Assembly: GCA_951406725.2 (NCBI GenBank)
Contig: OX597829.1
Span: 2,604,001-2,668,000, forward strand
Source: Octopus vulgaris
Lineage: Eukaryota
DNA: 64,000 bases
Direction of reading: 5' to 3'
Shown here: positions 1 to 15,189 of the stretch, in pieces
Position numbering within the stretch: position 1 is the stretch's first letter
Layout: the number at the start of each line of letters is the position of its first letter
The notes under the pieces: generated by a model
Database searches by the model: none
Told to the model about the DNA's origin: nothing
The model's input: only the letters and a program-made list of their open reading frames with translations
Program-made: the position numbers and the translations under genes

Positions 1-395
1 TAGCATCCACCCTTAGGGGTTAGCCATATTTAAATGGCAAATATACGTCACGATGTGTTGCAGCTACTGTTTATAACTCGCTCTAAGATTTATTATTGCT
101 CAAATCTAATATTCTTTTTATAAAAACTTCTCTTTTCTCAGATCGCTATTTTAGTATTTCCTAATCACCATCGTACCGTTTACACTGGTGACACCAAATT
201 GAAATGAATCTTCAAGTTCCTAAATAGAACTGAACACTCTCGAATAGAATTGTCCATATTGGTAACCGTTTGACCAACGAAATATTCGTTTAGAGAAATT
301 TTCTTAGGCGCTATACTGCGACATACAACCCAAAATGACCTAAAACCATTAAAAACATCTCTTGACAATGTTTTTACCCTTTTTTGAAAAGCAAC

Positions 396-396
<1 letters not shown>

Positions 397-477
<81 letters not shown>

Positions 478-480
478 CAA
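397..480. repeat. (AAT)n microsatellite
   Basis: Direct reading of the sequence. Confidence 0.98.
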
Positions 481-1289
481 CGCTGAACATATTACGTCTA
501 CAGGTGTAAAGCCTATCTTCTCTCAAGTCTGGAATATCGATTCCGCACTAACATCGTTATTTCCTGCTATGTATCGATCAATTGGTACACAGTTTCTTCT
601 TGTAACCTATTCTTCTTTTTCTTTTGCAGCATTAATTATTGATTAATTTCAATGAAATCTGTGTTGGGACAGCTCTTCTTTGTCCGTTTATATTTCGTTA
701 ATTTCCTCTGCCAGATGAACAATGTATATTTCTCTTTCCTGAATTTTTTTTATTCATTATTCAAACATTTTCTCCATTTTCGAAATGAATCTGCTCGGTT
801 TCCGCTCAGTAACTTACATCTGTTTCTTGCTTTCGTTTTTATTTTCCTTCAAGATATTCGCCTTTTACTTTGTTTTGCAGAAAAGGTGTATTCATTTACA
901 TGCACGCATGGACAAACTGTTTTGTGCATACACTCATATAAAGATAGGTAGATAACTAGATGCATAGGTCGATAGATACACAGATAGACAGATAAACACA
1001 TAAATAGATAGGCAGTCAGACAGACATATCATATATATCTCAGCATCCATTTTTTATTTTGATTTTTTGTCTCTTGTTTTTGTTTGTTTTGCAGTCTTTG
1101 CCCTAAATTTTGCATTATTGATACACCAAGTTGATATAGTCACTTTGACAAAAGTATTGATTTATACGTGTAAACGGCATGGCACGGCTGTTTGTTGTGG
1201 TACCAAAACTTTACCAGTTATGGTCTGATGTGTTATATCAGAGGCGATAGAGTTTATTTGAAAGGTTGGGTTGATTACCACAATGTTGG

Positions 1290-2970
1290 CTGTCGACCGA
1301 TTGAAAGTACCAAAAGATCTTTACATTTTCTCCCTCTGTTACAGCCACAGGGTGGTGCTGGTATCATTTTGTTGTTTGTTTATATTCCGGTTCAACACAT
1401 TGAAACTTTAAATAACAACTGGAACTGCTAAGGAATTTATAGCTAACACCTTGTTACGTGCATTTAACTCGGATTTTAGGACTGCTCGAACTCTCCTGGT
1501 CTTCTTTTTCATGATTGTATACTGAATGCCAGAGTCTTCATTTATTCCGAAAAATTTGCAAGTTTATTCCTGCTCAAGTTCTTCTATAACTGTGTCAACA
1601 TGTAACACCACCGAATGGGAGCTCTTCAGTTTCCCTTTCTGGAAAATGTCCTTGACACATTTACCATCATCAAATTCCACCCCGATGTCATCACTGAATA
1701 CTCTCACTGTGCGTAAAAGACCTTCAAGCTCATTATCGTCTTTGCCATAAGGTTTTAAGTCATCCATATAAAAGAGATGACTTAATTTCTTGAAGCCAAT
1801 CTTATACCCATACCCTGTTCTGTCAAGTTCACTTGTAAGAGGTGTTAGGGCTATGCAAAACATTAGAGATGAAAGTGAGTCATCTTTGAAAATTACACAA
1901 TTAATATTGTTTGTAGTCAGTATTCCATGTTATGATTCAGGAAGTTTGAAATCACAGGAAAAATTTTGAAGATATCCAGTGATTTCAAGATCCATGAATG
2001 TGATATACTATCAAAGGCCTTCTTATAATCCATGCGGAACTGAGATTTCTGCGTTTGTTATGACAGTTTTAAAGGATCATTCGATTGATTAAGAGTTGGT
2101 CTTTGCATCCATTATGAACTTCGTTTGCGCCCTTTTTGTTCAGTGGGGAAAATATCGTTCTGTTCCATAAGTTTCTATGTTTTCTCTACAAGAATGGATG
2201 TTAAAATTTTATACGTAGTAGAAAGACATGTAATGGGCCGATAGTTTTGATGAAATTTGGTTTCATTATTATTCGGGAGTCGGTAAGTAATACCGCTTGC
2301 TAATCAGTCAAGGGTTTTCTTAGGATCTCTCATTGATCCTTTCATTGAATAACAACTAATTTTCGTGTTCGCACGGGAGCGATGCGAGCCAGAAATTTGG
2401 TACTCTATCATTACCAGTGGATTCCCACTTATGAGCCTTCGTGAGTGTCATCCTTAGGTCTGCTATTGTGATGTCTTCCCATGCTTGTTCAGGTAAATTG
2501 TACGTATAATCCAGTCTGCAGTTTCATTGTCTGTCTTTTCATCACTCCAAATATTTTTCCAGAAGTTTTCAACTTCTTCCATTGGAGTGGGGTCTTCAAC
2601 GGTTATTTTCACCTTCCCTACTTCTCTGCAGAATGTTTTCGCATTGGATGCGAACACGTTCTAAAGCTTCTAAAACTTGTTTCTCTTCTCAAATCTTCCT
2701 ATTCTTTGAGCTTGGAGTTTTTGTTGCAGTGTTTCTTTTGTTGAAAGCAGTTCTTCTCTTGGTGAGAATCTATATTTTCTCTTCATCTTTCTTCCTTTTC
2801 TGCATCTTACATCGTTTCCACAGACTATCTAATTTAATATTGATATATCACCTCTCATTATTTCAATTTCTTTTTCAATTTTACATCTCCAATTTGGAAT
2901 TCTTCCCAGGTTTTTATTTCTTTTTTTCGAAGGCATACAACTGGTTTCAATTGTCTAAGCAGCTGCGTAA
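1290..2970 (-). mobile_element. Decayed R4/Dong-like non-LTR retrotransposon (N-terminal region and RT domain)
   Basis: Minus-strand frames give RT motifs 'DSLSSLMFCIALTPL', 'HLFYMDDLK', 'YRPITCLST', 'EEVENFWKNIWS' and 'KEIEIMRGDISIL', with many stops and frameshifts. Confidence 0.85.
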
Positions 2971-3039
2971 ATAATAATGACAACAACAACAACGACGACG
3001 ACGACGACGAAGATGACAACGACGATGATGATGCTAATG

Positions 3040-3350
3040 ATTGGAAATACCATCCACTGCAGGACGAGATAGGAAAGTAATGGGGCATGAGGAAAGTAAT
3101 GGTGATACCGGTGGTAATTGGAGCATTAGGAGCAGTTCCCAAGAGCTTTGAAAAACATATTAAGAATATTGGAGCTGCTGTCAGGCTCGAAGTGATCCAG
3201 AAGACAGAATTGTTGGGTGGTACAGAACGCATTCTATGGAGAGTATTGACTCTTTCAGTCACAGGAGAAGGCACCACTTGAAACCTTTGGTTATTGACTG
3301 TTTTCAAGTAAAGAATAACCGGTAATTAAAAACTATTGGAGAGTCTTTCG
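3040..3350 (+). mobile_element. 3' end of an R4/Dong-like LINE (C-terminus of the restriction-like endonuclease region) running into a (TAA)n tail
   Basis: ORF 3087-3281 'VIPVVIGALGAVPK...IQKTELLGGTERILWRVL' is the typical C-terminus of REL-endonuclease LINEs, followed directly by (TAA)n. Confidence 0.8.
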
Positions 3351-3351
3351 G

Positions 3352-5040
<1,689 letters not shown>

Positions 5041-5136
5041 TTGCCTCTCTTCAAGTCAAACAAAATGTGACCGCGTGTGTACCGTTCGTGATTTTTTTCC
5101 TCCGTCTTCCCTTCTCTGGATCTTCCCTTCTCCTAT

Positions 5137-5171
5137 GTTTCCGATGAAGAGCTCCGCCCGAAACGTTAAAC
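5137..5171 (+). ncRNA. Minimal hammerhead-ribozyme-like motif (U4C core) in a Penelope-like pLTR fragment at ~5050-5290
   Basis: GUUU-CCGAUGA-A-GAGC-ucc-GCCC-GAAA-CG-UU-AAAC: stem I, core, stem II with one mismatch, palindromic stem III. Confidence 0.6.
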
Positions 5172-5299
5172 CCTCCTTCTTCCCTTCCTTCCTGAGCGTC
5201 CAATAATACTATATTTGTTCCACGTCCTCGCGTTGTTGTGTTTTTTTGTGCTTTCATATTTGGATTAACTTTATATATATATATATATACTACCACTAA

Positions 5300-5495
5300 G
5301 GTGGCTGCTGGCCAAATGTTTAGCACGCCGAGCGAAATGCTTAGCGGAATTTCGTCTGTCGCTATGTTCAAATTCCGCCGTCTTTGCCTTTCATCCTTTC
5401 AGGGTCGATAAATTTAGTACCAGAGAAATACTGGGGTCGATGTAATCGACTCATCCCCTCCTCCAAAATGGCTGCCTTTGAGGCAAAATTGTAAA
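5300..5495 (+). mobile_element. tRNA-derived SINE, family A (degenerate copy)
   Basis: B-box GTTCAAATTCC and central domain 'gcctttcatcctttcagggtcgataaa' shared with many copies in the window. Confidence 0.85.
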
Positions 5496-5499
5496 CCAT

Positions 5500-5564
5500 T
5501 ATTATTATTGTGGTTGTTATTGTTGTCGTCGTTGTCGTTGTCATCATCATCATCATCATCATCA

Positions 5565-5638
<74 letters not shown>

Positions 5639-5660
5639 TTATTATTATTATTATTATTAT
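5500..5660. repeat. Compound (TTG/TCG/TCA/TTA)n microsatellite
   Basis: Direct reading of the sequence. Confidence 0.95.
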
Positions 5661-6410
<750 letters not shown>

Positions 6411-6414
6411 ACAT

Positions 6415-8550
6415 CTAACATAGCTTATTACGACAGATGTAATTACTGAACCAGCTGTTCACTCCCCGAGAACTAAGGTGGTACTTTATTTTCAGATCTC
6501 GAGAACTTTGCGGAGATTTCTTGCATTGTCAAGCAATGCTGTTTGTCTGGATATTTTCATTCCTAACATTTCCAACCAATCTTTAATTTTTTTTACTCCT
6601 TTTTTTCCTAAGGCACCCACATTTATTGGAACGTTATACACCGTTTTCATTGGCCGCAGCTTCTTTATTTTTCTCCTCACAGTTTCATATCGCTGTCAGT
6701 TTTTCTCCTTTTTCGATGACTCTGCTGTCACTAGTGCAGACATGACTTTTCTTCCTTGACCACCAGCACAATATCCAGTTTCCGCTTGATCATGAAGTTC
6801 CAAAGGATTTCAACCCTGTCATTTTCTACCGAACGCTTCGCCTCATGTTCATACCATTTTCTTGTTCTTCCCAGTCTAAACTTGTTACATATGAAACTAG
6901 CTTGATGTGAGTATCTGATCTTGTACTTTCGGGGTACAAGAAAGCAATCACTCACTAGCCGTTGCTTTAATAATCCAGAATTCTACCAGTCAGAAACAAC
7001 AAGACGCAGACGTAAAATATATATATACTACTTTATTCTCTTTCTTGGTAACAATAACAATAAGTGTGTTATCTGATGTCCTTGGTTCGGGGCGCGCAAG
7101 GCTGAAAGTTAATCGATTGTAATATTTACAATGTTCAGCCGCTAAACCAGAAAGGGGTCAAGATGGCGTCGAACAGGGAAGTTGAATGTGGTCGGCAACA
7201 ATTTGGTTAAAGGCATTCGGCCGACTGCTGCTATCAACCGGAGAGAAAATATATCGTGACCGCCGCCTTCAATCGCTGGGTCCCAAGTCCCCGATGACTG
7301 GTGCTAGTGGTCAAACGTTCTACGACCCCCTTGCCTCGCTAACTACCACGATAGGCAAGCGGGTCGTGCTTCCGGTGGTTCGCGCATGCGCGAGAGGGCC
7401 CTTCCTTTCTCTGCCTTGGTAAAGGCACCAACACGCGCGAAATACAAATGGACGGTGCGCGAGCGCGCGCCGTTGTAGGATCACTACACATATTTCTTCC
7501 AGTGGACCATTCTGGCGACATTATCATGCCTCCTCTTGTATTCCTTCGGGGGTCAATTTGAAGCATTCACTTAAACTATCCCTGTCTCTCCAGTTTCACC
7601 GCACATTCTGTAGTTGTCTGATTCTATTGACTGATCGATTTTGTGCTTGTTGTAATTAGTTCTTAATGCTCGCTTTTGTGCTCTACATATCAAGATCTCC
7701 ATTTCAGATCTCAGATCGCTCTTTTGTAATTACAACTATCTTTTATCTGAGTATATGTCCTCTGATATCTCTCAAGATCTGATCATGAATCTTCTTATCT
7801 TTCCAGTTGTTTTTCCTATTCGCCTCTGTCTCTTTTGTAATTCATCTTCTCCTGGCTGTTTTTTTCTTTCTTTTCTGTGTAATAGTCTTGCCTCGCTTAC
7901 TTGTACGACTAATGATTCTTTTGCATTCTTTATATACCAAACAATATTGTTTTCCTCTGTCTGAATACAATCCTTAGAAAATACAATCCTTACAACATAT
8001 CAATCCTCGCTTTCCTTTCTTTTTAATTATGTGTAGCCTGTCAACATCACTTTTCAGAAGGAATGCACAGAGTATTGTTTCCTTGATTTCTGATCCAAGG
8101 ATTGTAGTTCCTCTCTTCTGCCATCGTATCGCTTTTGCTCCATACCTCGAGAGAGCCCATGATTTTATTGCTCGGAGCTTATTCAATTTAATTTTCAGAA
8201 TTAATTTCAACCTTCAGTAATGCTCTTGAGAGAATATCTTCTACATTTGGCTTTCCCTTAATTCGCCTACTTCCAATATAGTCAGACAACTTGTATCCTT
8301 TCTTGTCTATTCTCTTCATTACTTCTCTCGGAGGCAACTTCACACCATTCATTTTTTGAACTTTTCCTCGTTTGAGAATCACCACTTCGCCATTTTTCAC
8401 TTCAATCTAGTGTCCGTGCTAAAGCAATGCACTGTTTGAATCAGTGAATTCAGTTGGTTCGCATCTTTCCCGTAGAGTTTCAGGTCATCTATGAAAAGGA
8501 GGTGATTGATCTTCTCTTTTCTTTCCTTGAACTCTTAACCCAACTTTCGC
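6415..8550 (-). mobile_element. Decayed R4/Dong-like LINE (RT to REL endonuclease), interrupted by a solo LTR
   Basis: Motifs 'FIDDLKLYGKD' (~8490), 'KKGKRGLI', 'EYKRRHDNVARMVHW', 'KWYEHE', 'KLDIVLV' and 'VPINVGALG'. Confidence 0.85.
6892..7488 (-). mobile_element. Solo LTR (597 bp), probably Ty3/Gypsy-type
   Basis: TG...CA termini and a 4-bp TSD CATA (6888-6891 / 7489-7492); AATAAA on the minus strand at ~7035. Removing it rejoins the host LINE (HWK..NKF..KWYEH). Confidence 0.8.
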
Positions 8551-8886
8551 GTTTCTCAATATCAAAATTAGCAGAATCATATAAAGATTTATATAAATCA
8601 TATATAAAGCAACTTTGTCAAGCTATCTTCTTAAAAGATTTCACGTCTGATATTGACAAAGCCGAAGCTTTGCCCCCCAGACTTGGGTTCATTTGTCAAT
8701 CCAGAATCCACGAATGAAGAACCACATGTACGCTTTCTGGTTCATTCTGTTCACTTTTCCTGTTTGCTACGTCAATTTCCATTGACCTCTTTCTTAAAAT
8801 CAAATATCACTCCAAAATTCGTCTTCCTTACTCACACTACTACTCGACGCACAATTCCTACTCCATCGGTAATGGATTTGTCAGTT

Positions 8887-9120
8887 ACCTATTTCTTTAC
8901 TACTCACAAGGGGCTACACACAGAGGGGACGAACAAGGACAGACAAACGGATTAAATCGATTATATCGACCCCAGTGCGTTAATGGTACTTATTTAATCG
9001 ACCCCGAAAGGATGAAAGGCAAAGTCGATTTCGGCGGAATTTGAACTCAGAACGTAGCGACAGACGAAATACCGCTAAGCATTTCGCCCGGCGTGCTAAC
9101 GATTCTGCCAGCTCGCCGCC
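8887..9120 (-). mobile_element. Full-length SINE family A
   Basis: Head GGCGGCGAGCTGGCAG, B-box, tail ...GAAATAGGT; flanking direct repeat tgtcagttacc. Confidence 0.92.
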
Positions 9121-9499
9121 TTGTGGACATGTCAGTTACCATCGATATCTCGATGGAGCAGCTGTAATGGTTTCCGGCCAGCTCTTCGTTATGAGCAATG
9201 TTACTTTCTTCTGCATTGTTGTCGTATTCGTATACACTTCATTGAATCATTTCCTTTCTTTCTCACCATTCTGTCCTGGTCGCTTCCCTGTTGCTATGTT
9301 GTTTCAAATATTCCTCGTTGTTGCCATTCTCGGAACATCCTTTTTCTCTGTCCTCTTAACGGAACTCCCAATTCATCTATGGTTTGCCTCCTGTAGTAGG
9401 ATGATATTGTAGAAATAACCGATAATAGAAGAATGCCTGATAGTCTCGCAAACCTAACCAGGTAGTTCCAAGCGCCTGAATGGTACCTAATGAGCATTA

Positions 9500-10290
9500 C
9501 AAATGCGCCAATGCGGACTAAGAGAAATTGCATCGAATCTTCAAAGTTGTAAGCCTACAGAGTATTTATAAGCTCAGCAGATTCAGTTAGTGCTGTACGT
9601 CCGCAGTTTCTGTGCTGTCGATCAAAATATACTGCAGAGGCGGAGATCCAGCCGCTGGAAGTTAAACTTATCGTTTCTGGCTCGGAAAAACTACTGACAT
9701 CGGAGTAGTAAATAAATTTAATGTTAGCTGAGAGAGACGATCATCAACAAGTGAGGTTGGATATGTTAGAGTAAAATTGAGATTTTAAACGAAAAGAAAC
9801 AGCGATAAAAACCAGTTGATGACAACATGAACTAGTCAATAGAATGCAAGAGTTAATTAGAAATGCATCGTAACCGAAAATGGTCCACATCCTTTTCTTT
9901 GACGCGAAGCACGAAAGCTATGCTAACATAGCTATGGTTAAAATCTAAGAGACTGTTTTGAACGAATGTCATTCTCCTATTCCGAGTAGAAGAGATGAAC
10001 GTAGTAACAAAGATGCAATTAAGTCATTGACGGATCACAAATAGTGAGTTGATTCCAGGTAGATGTGCTCAGTTTTTCTGCAGAATTTTCTGGTGTTTAT
10101 TTGGGGTAGAGGAGGACTGGAAACAACAAAATTTAGCGTTTACATTGACAGCCTGACCACGGCTCGCTGAAGAAAAGGAAGAACGTTGCGAAGAGCTAAA
10201 TATGACATCTTCAAGAGGGTTAGCAGTGAGCCTAGTTGGAAATGTCCTCACAAGTTGTAGGGATACACACCAGACTTATTTACCCCTTTT
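9500..10290 (+). pseudogene. Possible highly decayed Gypsy gag-like sequence
   Basis: Weak residual motifs only (e.g. 'QVVGI' resembling gag 'DxIVxGI'); no open frame. Confidence 0.25.
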
Positions 10291-10302
10291 CTTTTGACAG
10301 AC

Positions 10303-12384
10303 ACCTATTTCTTTACTACCCACAAGGGGCTAAACACAGAGGAGACAAACAAGGACAGACAAACGGGTTAAGTCGATTATATCGGCCCCCAGTGCATAAC
10401 TGGTACTTATTTAATCGACCCCGGGAGGATGAAAGGCAAAGTCGACCTCGGCGGAATTTGAACTCAGAACGTAACGGCAGACGAAATACCTATTTCTTTA
10501 CTACCCACAAGGGGCTAAACACAGAGGAGACAAACAAGGACAGACAAACGGGTTAAGTCGATTATATCGGCCCCCAGTGCATAACTGGTACTTATTTAAT
10601 CGACCCCGGGAGGATGAAAGGCAAAGTCGACCTCGGCGGAATTTGAACTCAGAACGTAACGGCAGACGAAATACCTATTTCTTTACTACCCACAAGGGGC
10701 TAAACACAGAGGAGACAAACATGGACAGACAAACGGGTTAAGTCGATTATATCGACCCCAGTGCATAACTGGTACTTATTTAATCGACCCCGGGAGGATG
10801 AAAGGCAAAGTCGACCTCGGCGGAATTTGAACTCAGAACGTAACGGCAGACGAAATAACTATTTCTTTACTACCCACAAGGGGCTAAACACAGAGGAGAC
10901 AAACATGGACAGACAAACGGGTTAAGTCGATTATATCGACCCCAGTGCATAACTGGTACTTATTTAATCGACCCCGGGAGGATGAAAGGCAAAGTCGACC
11001 TCGGCGGAATTTGAACTCAGAACGTAACGGCAGACGAAATACCTATTTCTTTACTACCCACAAGGGGCTAAACACAGAGGAGACAAACATGGACAGACAA
11101 ACGGGTTAAGTCGATTATATCGGCCCCCAGTGCATAACTGGTACTTATTTAATCGACCCCGGGAGGATGAAAGACAAAGTCGACCTCGGCGGAATTTGAA
11201 CTCAGAACGTAACGGCAGACGAAATACCTATTTCTTTACTACCCACAAGGGACTAAACACAGAGGAGACAAACAAGGACAGACAAACGGGTTAAGTCGAT
11301 TATATCGGCCCCCAGTGCATAACTGGTACTTATTTAATCGACCCCGGGAGGATGAAAGGCAAAGTCGACCTCGGCGGAATTTGAACTCAGAACGTAACGG
11401 CAGACGAAATACCTATTTCTTTACTACCCACAAGGGGCTAAACACAGAGGAGACAAACAAGGACAGACAAACGGGTTAAGTCGATTATATCGGCCCCCAG
11501 TGCATAACTGGTACTTATTTAATCGACCCCGGGAGGATGAAAGGCAAAGTCGACCTCGGCGGAATTTGAACTCAGAACGTAACGGCAGACGAAATACCTA
11601 TTTCTTTACTACCCACAAGGGACTAAACACAGAGGAGACAAACAAGGACAGACAAACGGGTTAAGTCGATTATATCGGCCCCCAGTGCATAACTGGTACT
11701 TATTTAATCGACCCCGGGAGGATGAAATGCAAAGTCGACCTCGGCGGCATTTGAACTCAGAACGTAACGGCAGACGAAATACCTATTTCTTTACTACCCA
11801 CAAGGGGCTAAACACAGAGGAGACAAACAAGGACAGACAAACGGGTTAAGTCGATTATATCGGCCCCCAGTGCATAACTGGTACTTATTTAATCGACCCC
11901 GGGAGGATGAAAGGCAAAGTCGACCTCGGCGGAATTTGAACTCAGAACGTAACGGCAGACGAAATACCTATTTCTTTACTACCCACAAGGGGCTAAACAC
12001 AGAGGAGACAAACAAGGACAGACAAACGGGTTAAGTCGATTATATCGGCCCCCAGTGCATAACTGGTACTTATTTAATCGACCCCGGGAGGATGAAAGGC
12101 AAAGTCGACCTCGGCGGAATTTGAACTCAGAACGTAACGGCAGACGAAATACCTACTTCTTTACTACCCACAAGGGACTAAACACAGAGGGGACAAACAA
12201 GGACAGACATAGGTATTAAGTCGATTACATCGACCCCAGTGCGTAACTGGTACTTATTTAATCAACCCCGGGAGGATGAAAGGCAAAGTCGACCTCGGCG
12301 GAATTTGAACTCAGAACGTAACGGCAGACGAAATACTGCTAAGCAATTCGCCCGGCGTGCTAACGATTCTGCCAACTCGCCGCC
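10303..12384 (-). repeat. Tandem array of 11 SINE-A units (184-185-bp period) capped by a single SINE head
   Basis: Units start at 10303, 10488, 10673, 10857, 11041, 11226, 11411, 11596, 11781, 11966 and 12151. The whole array is bounded by cttttga(c/g)agacacctat (10291-10308 / 12399-12416). Confidence 0.97.
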
Positions 12385-12639
12385 TTTTGTCTTTGTGTCT
12401 TTTGAGAGACACCTATCGCAACTGACAGAAGATTGGTAATATTCTTAGCTACATCAGCCTGGAAGTGCTGGCACTGTCGATGAAAGGTGGCGAACTAACA
12501 CGGTCTTCAAAGATAGTTTCCTTGACATAACTATAATAAATTCAGTGTTGAAACTTCTCAGTGCTATAAATATTTATTGGTCTCTCTATCAATTTTGGTT
12601 TTTCGTATGTATCCTCTTTGTATCTACATATGTATTTAT

Positions 12640-12827
12640 TTGGTGCATATGTATATATGTGTGTACGTGTCTGTGTATGTGTATATATGTACGTACATTT
12701 ATGAATGTATACACATACTTATGAATTTCGTGCACCTATATATATATATATATGTATACACGCGCAAACGCACACACACACATACGTATGTGTGTGTGTG
12801 TCTGCGCGTGTGCCTGTGTGTGTGTGT

Positions 12828-12884
<57 letters not shown>

Positions 12885-13434
12885 TGTATGTATGTAACTC
12901 TAAGTGAGAATGTAAATGTAGCTACAATTAGCAATATTTAGAGTGTGAATATTTATTGGAAGCAGGTGTTCAATAAATGTAATTAATACGTCACGATTAA
13001 ACGATGCAGAAATTGATTACAGGTGACTCAATAAATACAAATAGATGGCTTTACAATCGCAAAGGTAAATACTTAGCAATAAGTTTACAAAATGAGAGGA
13101 AATTAATTCGTTCGAATAGTAAAAAGCATCTAATTGCATTTTTTATGTAATATTATAAATTCGACAACTTGTGTCCTATGAATATATATGTGTGTGTGTA
13201 TGTATGTATGTATGTATGTATGTATATGTATGTATGTGTGTATGTATGTATGTACACTTGTATGTATGTATGTATGTATATATGTATGTATGTATATATA
13301 AAGATATATATATTTACATGTATGTGTGCATATTGCATGTATGTGTACAACATATATATATATATATATATGTGTATATGCATGTATATGTACGTGTCCA
13401 TAAACCCACATTCACACACCTATATGTATATGTG

Positions 13435-13466
<32 letters not shown>

Positions 13467-13730
13467 TGTATGTATGTATGTATGTATGTATGTAGGTATG
13501 TATGTATGTATGAATACATGTATGTATATATATATATATGTATATATATACATATATATATATATATACACACACATATATATGCATATATATATGTATG
13601 CATGTATATATATGTATGTATATATATACAAACACGCACACACACACACACACATATATATGCGTATGTGTGTGTGTGTGTGTCAGTGTATGTAATCGTC
13701 ATGTATATGTGTGTATGTATTTCTATGTAT
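12640..13730. repeat. Mixed (TG)n/(TATG)n/(TA)n microsatellites with a unique spacer at ~12900-13180
   Basis: Direct reading of the sequence. Confidence 0.9.
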
Positions 13731-14080
13731 GTTTCTTCCTTCTTATAATTATTAGAAAATTCCCAAGAAAATAAAAGCTGTATTTTAACCAAAAAATAAA
13801 AGCTCCGTTATTGGAATTTAGATAACAGCAAAGATAACTGTTAGATATCGAACTTTAAGAAAGTCTTTCAAATTTTTACTGTTCCACTGACAGATTTTAT
13901 TTCTAAAGTTTGTGTTGTATGAGCTCACACTTTGGCCAAAAGAAAAAATAACTTCGTTGTACAATATTGTTACTTCGACCTTTAGTAATATAACCAAGTG
14001 CACTAATAATTATTTGTCTGAATGTAAACTTATAATCAAGGTAGAAAAGTTACACGTTTCGAAGCAAATATTTATAACTA

Positions 14081-14135
<55 letters not shown>

Positions 14136-14149
14136 GATTTTCGAAGTAA

Positions 14150-14490
14150 TGTTTACAAATGCAGGTCAAATGATCTCCAAGGCGGTACTTGATTGTGCTT
14201 TTCTCTCCTAAATATGTACATCAATCCTATTATGTTTGCACTTGATAGAAACTTTAATGGGACAAGTTTTCCAATATTGTATGTGTTGATATCTATCAAT
14301 GCATTCGATACCAGCGGTCTTGTATCCCGAGGCAGTCTTTCCTCCGAATGACTCTGTATGTTGTCTAAACAACATCATGTCTAAACACAGGAAATATTTT
14401 GGTGTCAGTATGGTGTCTTTTACTGTAAATGACCAAAGGTTCCAACACGTAAACGAGAAGAGGATCATCATCGAATTCAGGGGACGACAA
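14150..14490 (-). pseudogene. Possible decayed Penelope-like linker / GIY-YIG endonuclease fragment
   Basis: Frameshifted 'TKIFPVFR', 'KTCP....IKC' and 'LMYI-GEKSTIKYRLGDHL' resemble the YIGET.R.L..R..EH motif. Confidence 0.35.
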
Positions 14491-14519
14491 TAAACACGAA
14501 TGTATATATGGGTGTATAC

Positions 14520-15142
14520 GAATGTATATATGTATGTATGTATGTATGTATGTAAGTATGTATGTATGTATGTATGTATGTATGTATGTATGCATGTATG
14601 TATGTATGTATGTACGTATGTACGTATGTATGTATGTATGTATGTATGTACGTACGTACGTATGTATGTATGTACGTATGTATGTATGTATGTATGTATG
14701 TATGTGTGTATGTATGTATGTATGTATATATGTATGCATGTATGTATGTATGTATGTGTGTATGTATGTATGTATGTATATATGTATGTATGTATGTATG
14801 TATGTACGTACGTACGTACGTATGTATGTACGTATGTATGTATGTATGTATGTATGTATGTATGTATGTATGTATGTGTGTGTCTATGTATGTATATACG
14901 TACGTATGTATGTATGTATGTATGTATGTATATATGTGTGTGTCTATGTATGTATGTATGTATATATGTATGTATGTATGTGTGTATGTATGTATGTGTG
15001 TATGTATGTATGTATGTATGTATGTATGTGTGTATGTATTATGTATGTATGTATTATGTATGTATGTGTGTATGTATGTGTGTATGTATGTATGTATGTA
15101 TGTATGTGTAAATACATGTATGCATGCATGTCTGTATGTATG
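14520..15142. repeat. (TATG)n microsatellite
   Basis: Direct reading of the sequence. Confidence 0.97.
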
Positions 15143-15189
15143 AGTGGAATCGAACTTTGGAAGTCATGATCTGGAAGTTAACTTCTTAA

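Noticed and set aside
10303-12384. Tandem tRNA/5S gene cluster or retrozyme array
   Set aside because: The units are SINE bodies with a B-box only; I found no cloverleaf and no hammerhead core on either strand.
12900-13180. Possible enhancer-like unique segments (also 61330-61640) and a splice-acceptor-like site on the minus strand near 20035
   Set aside because: Short motifs are expected by chance in AT-rich DNA; they cannot be supported without conservation or transcript data.
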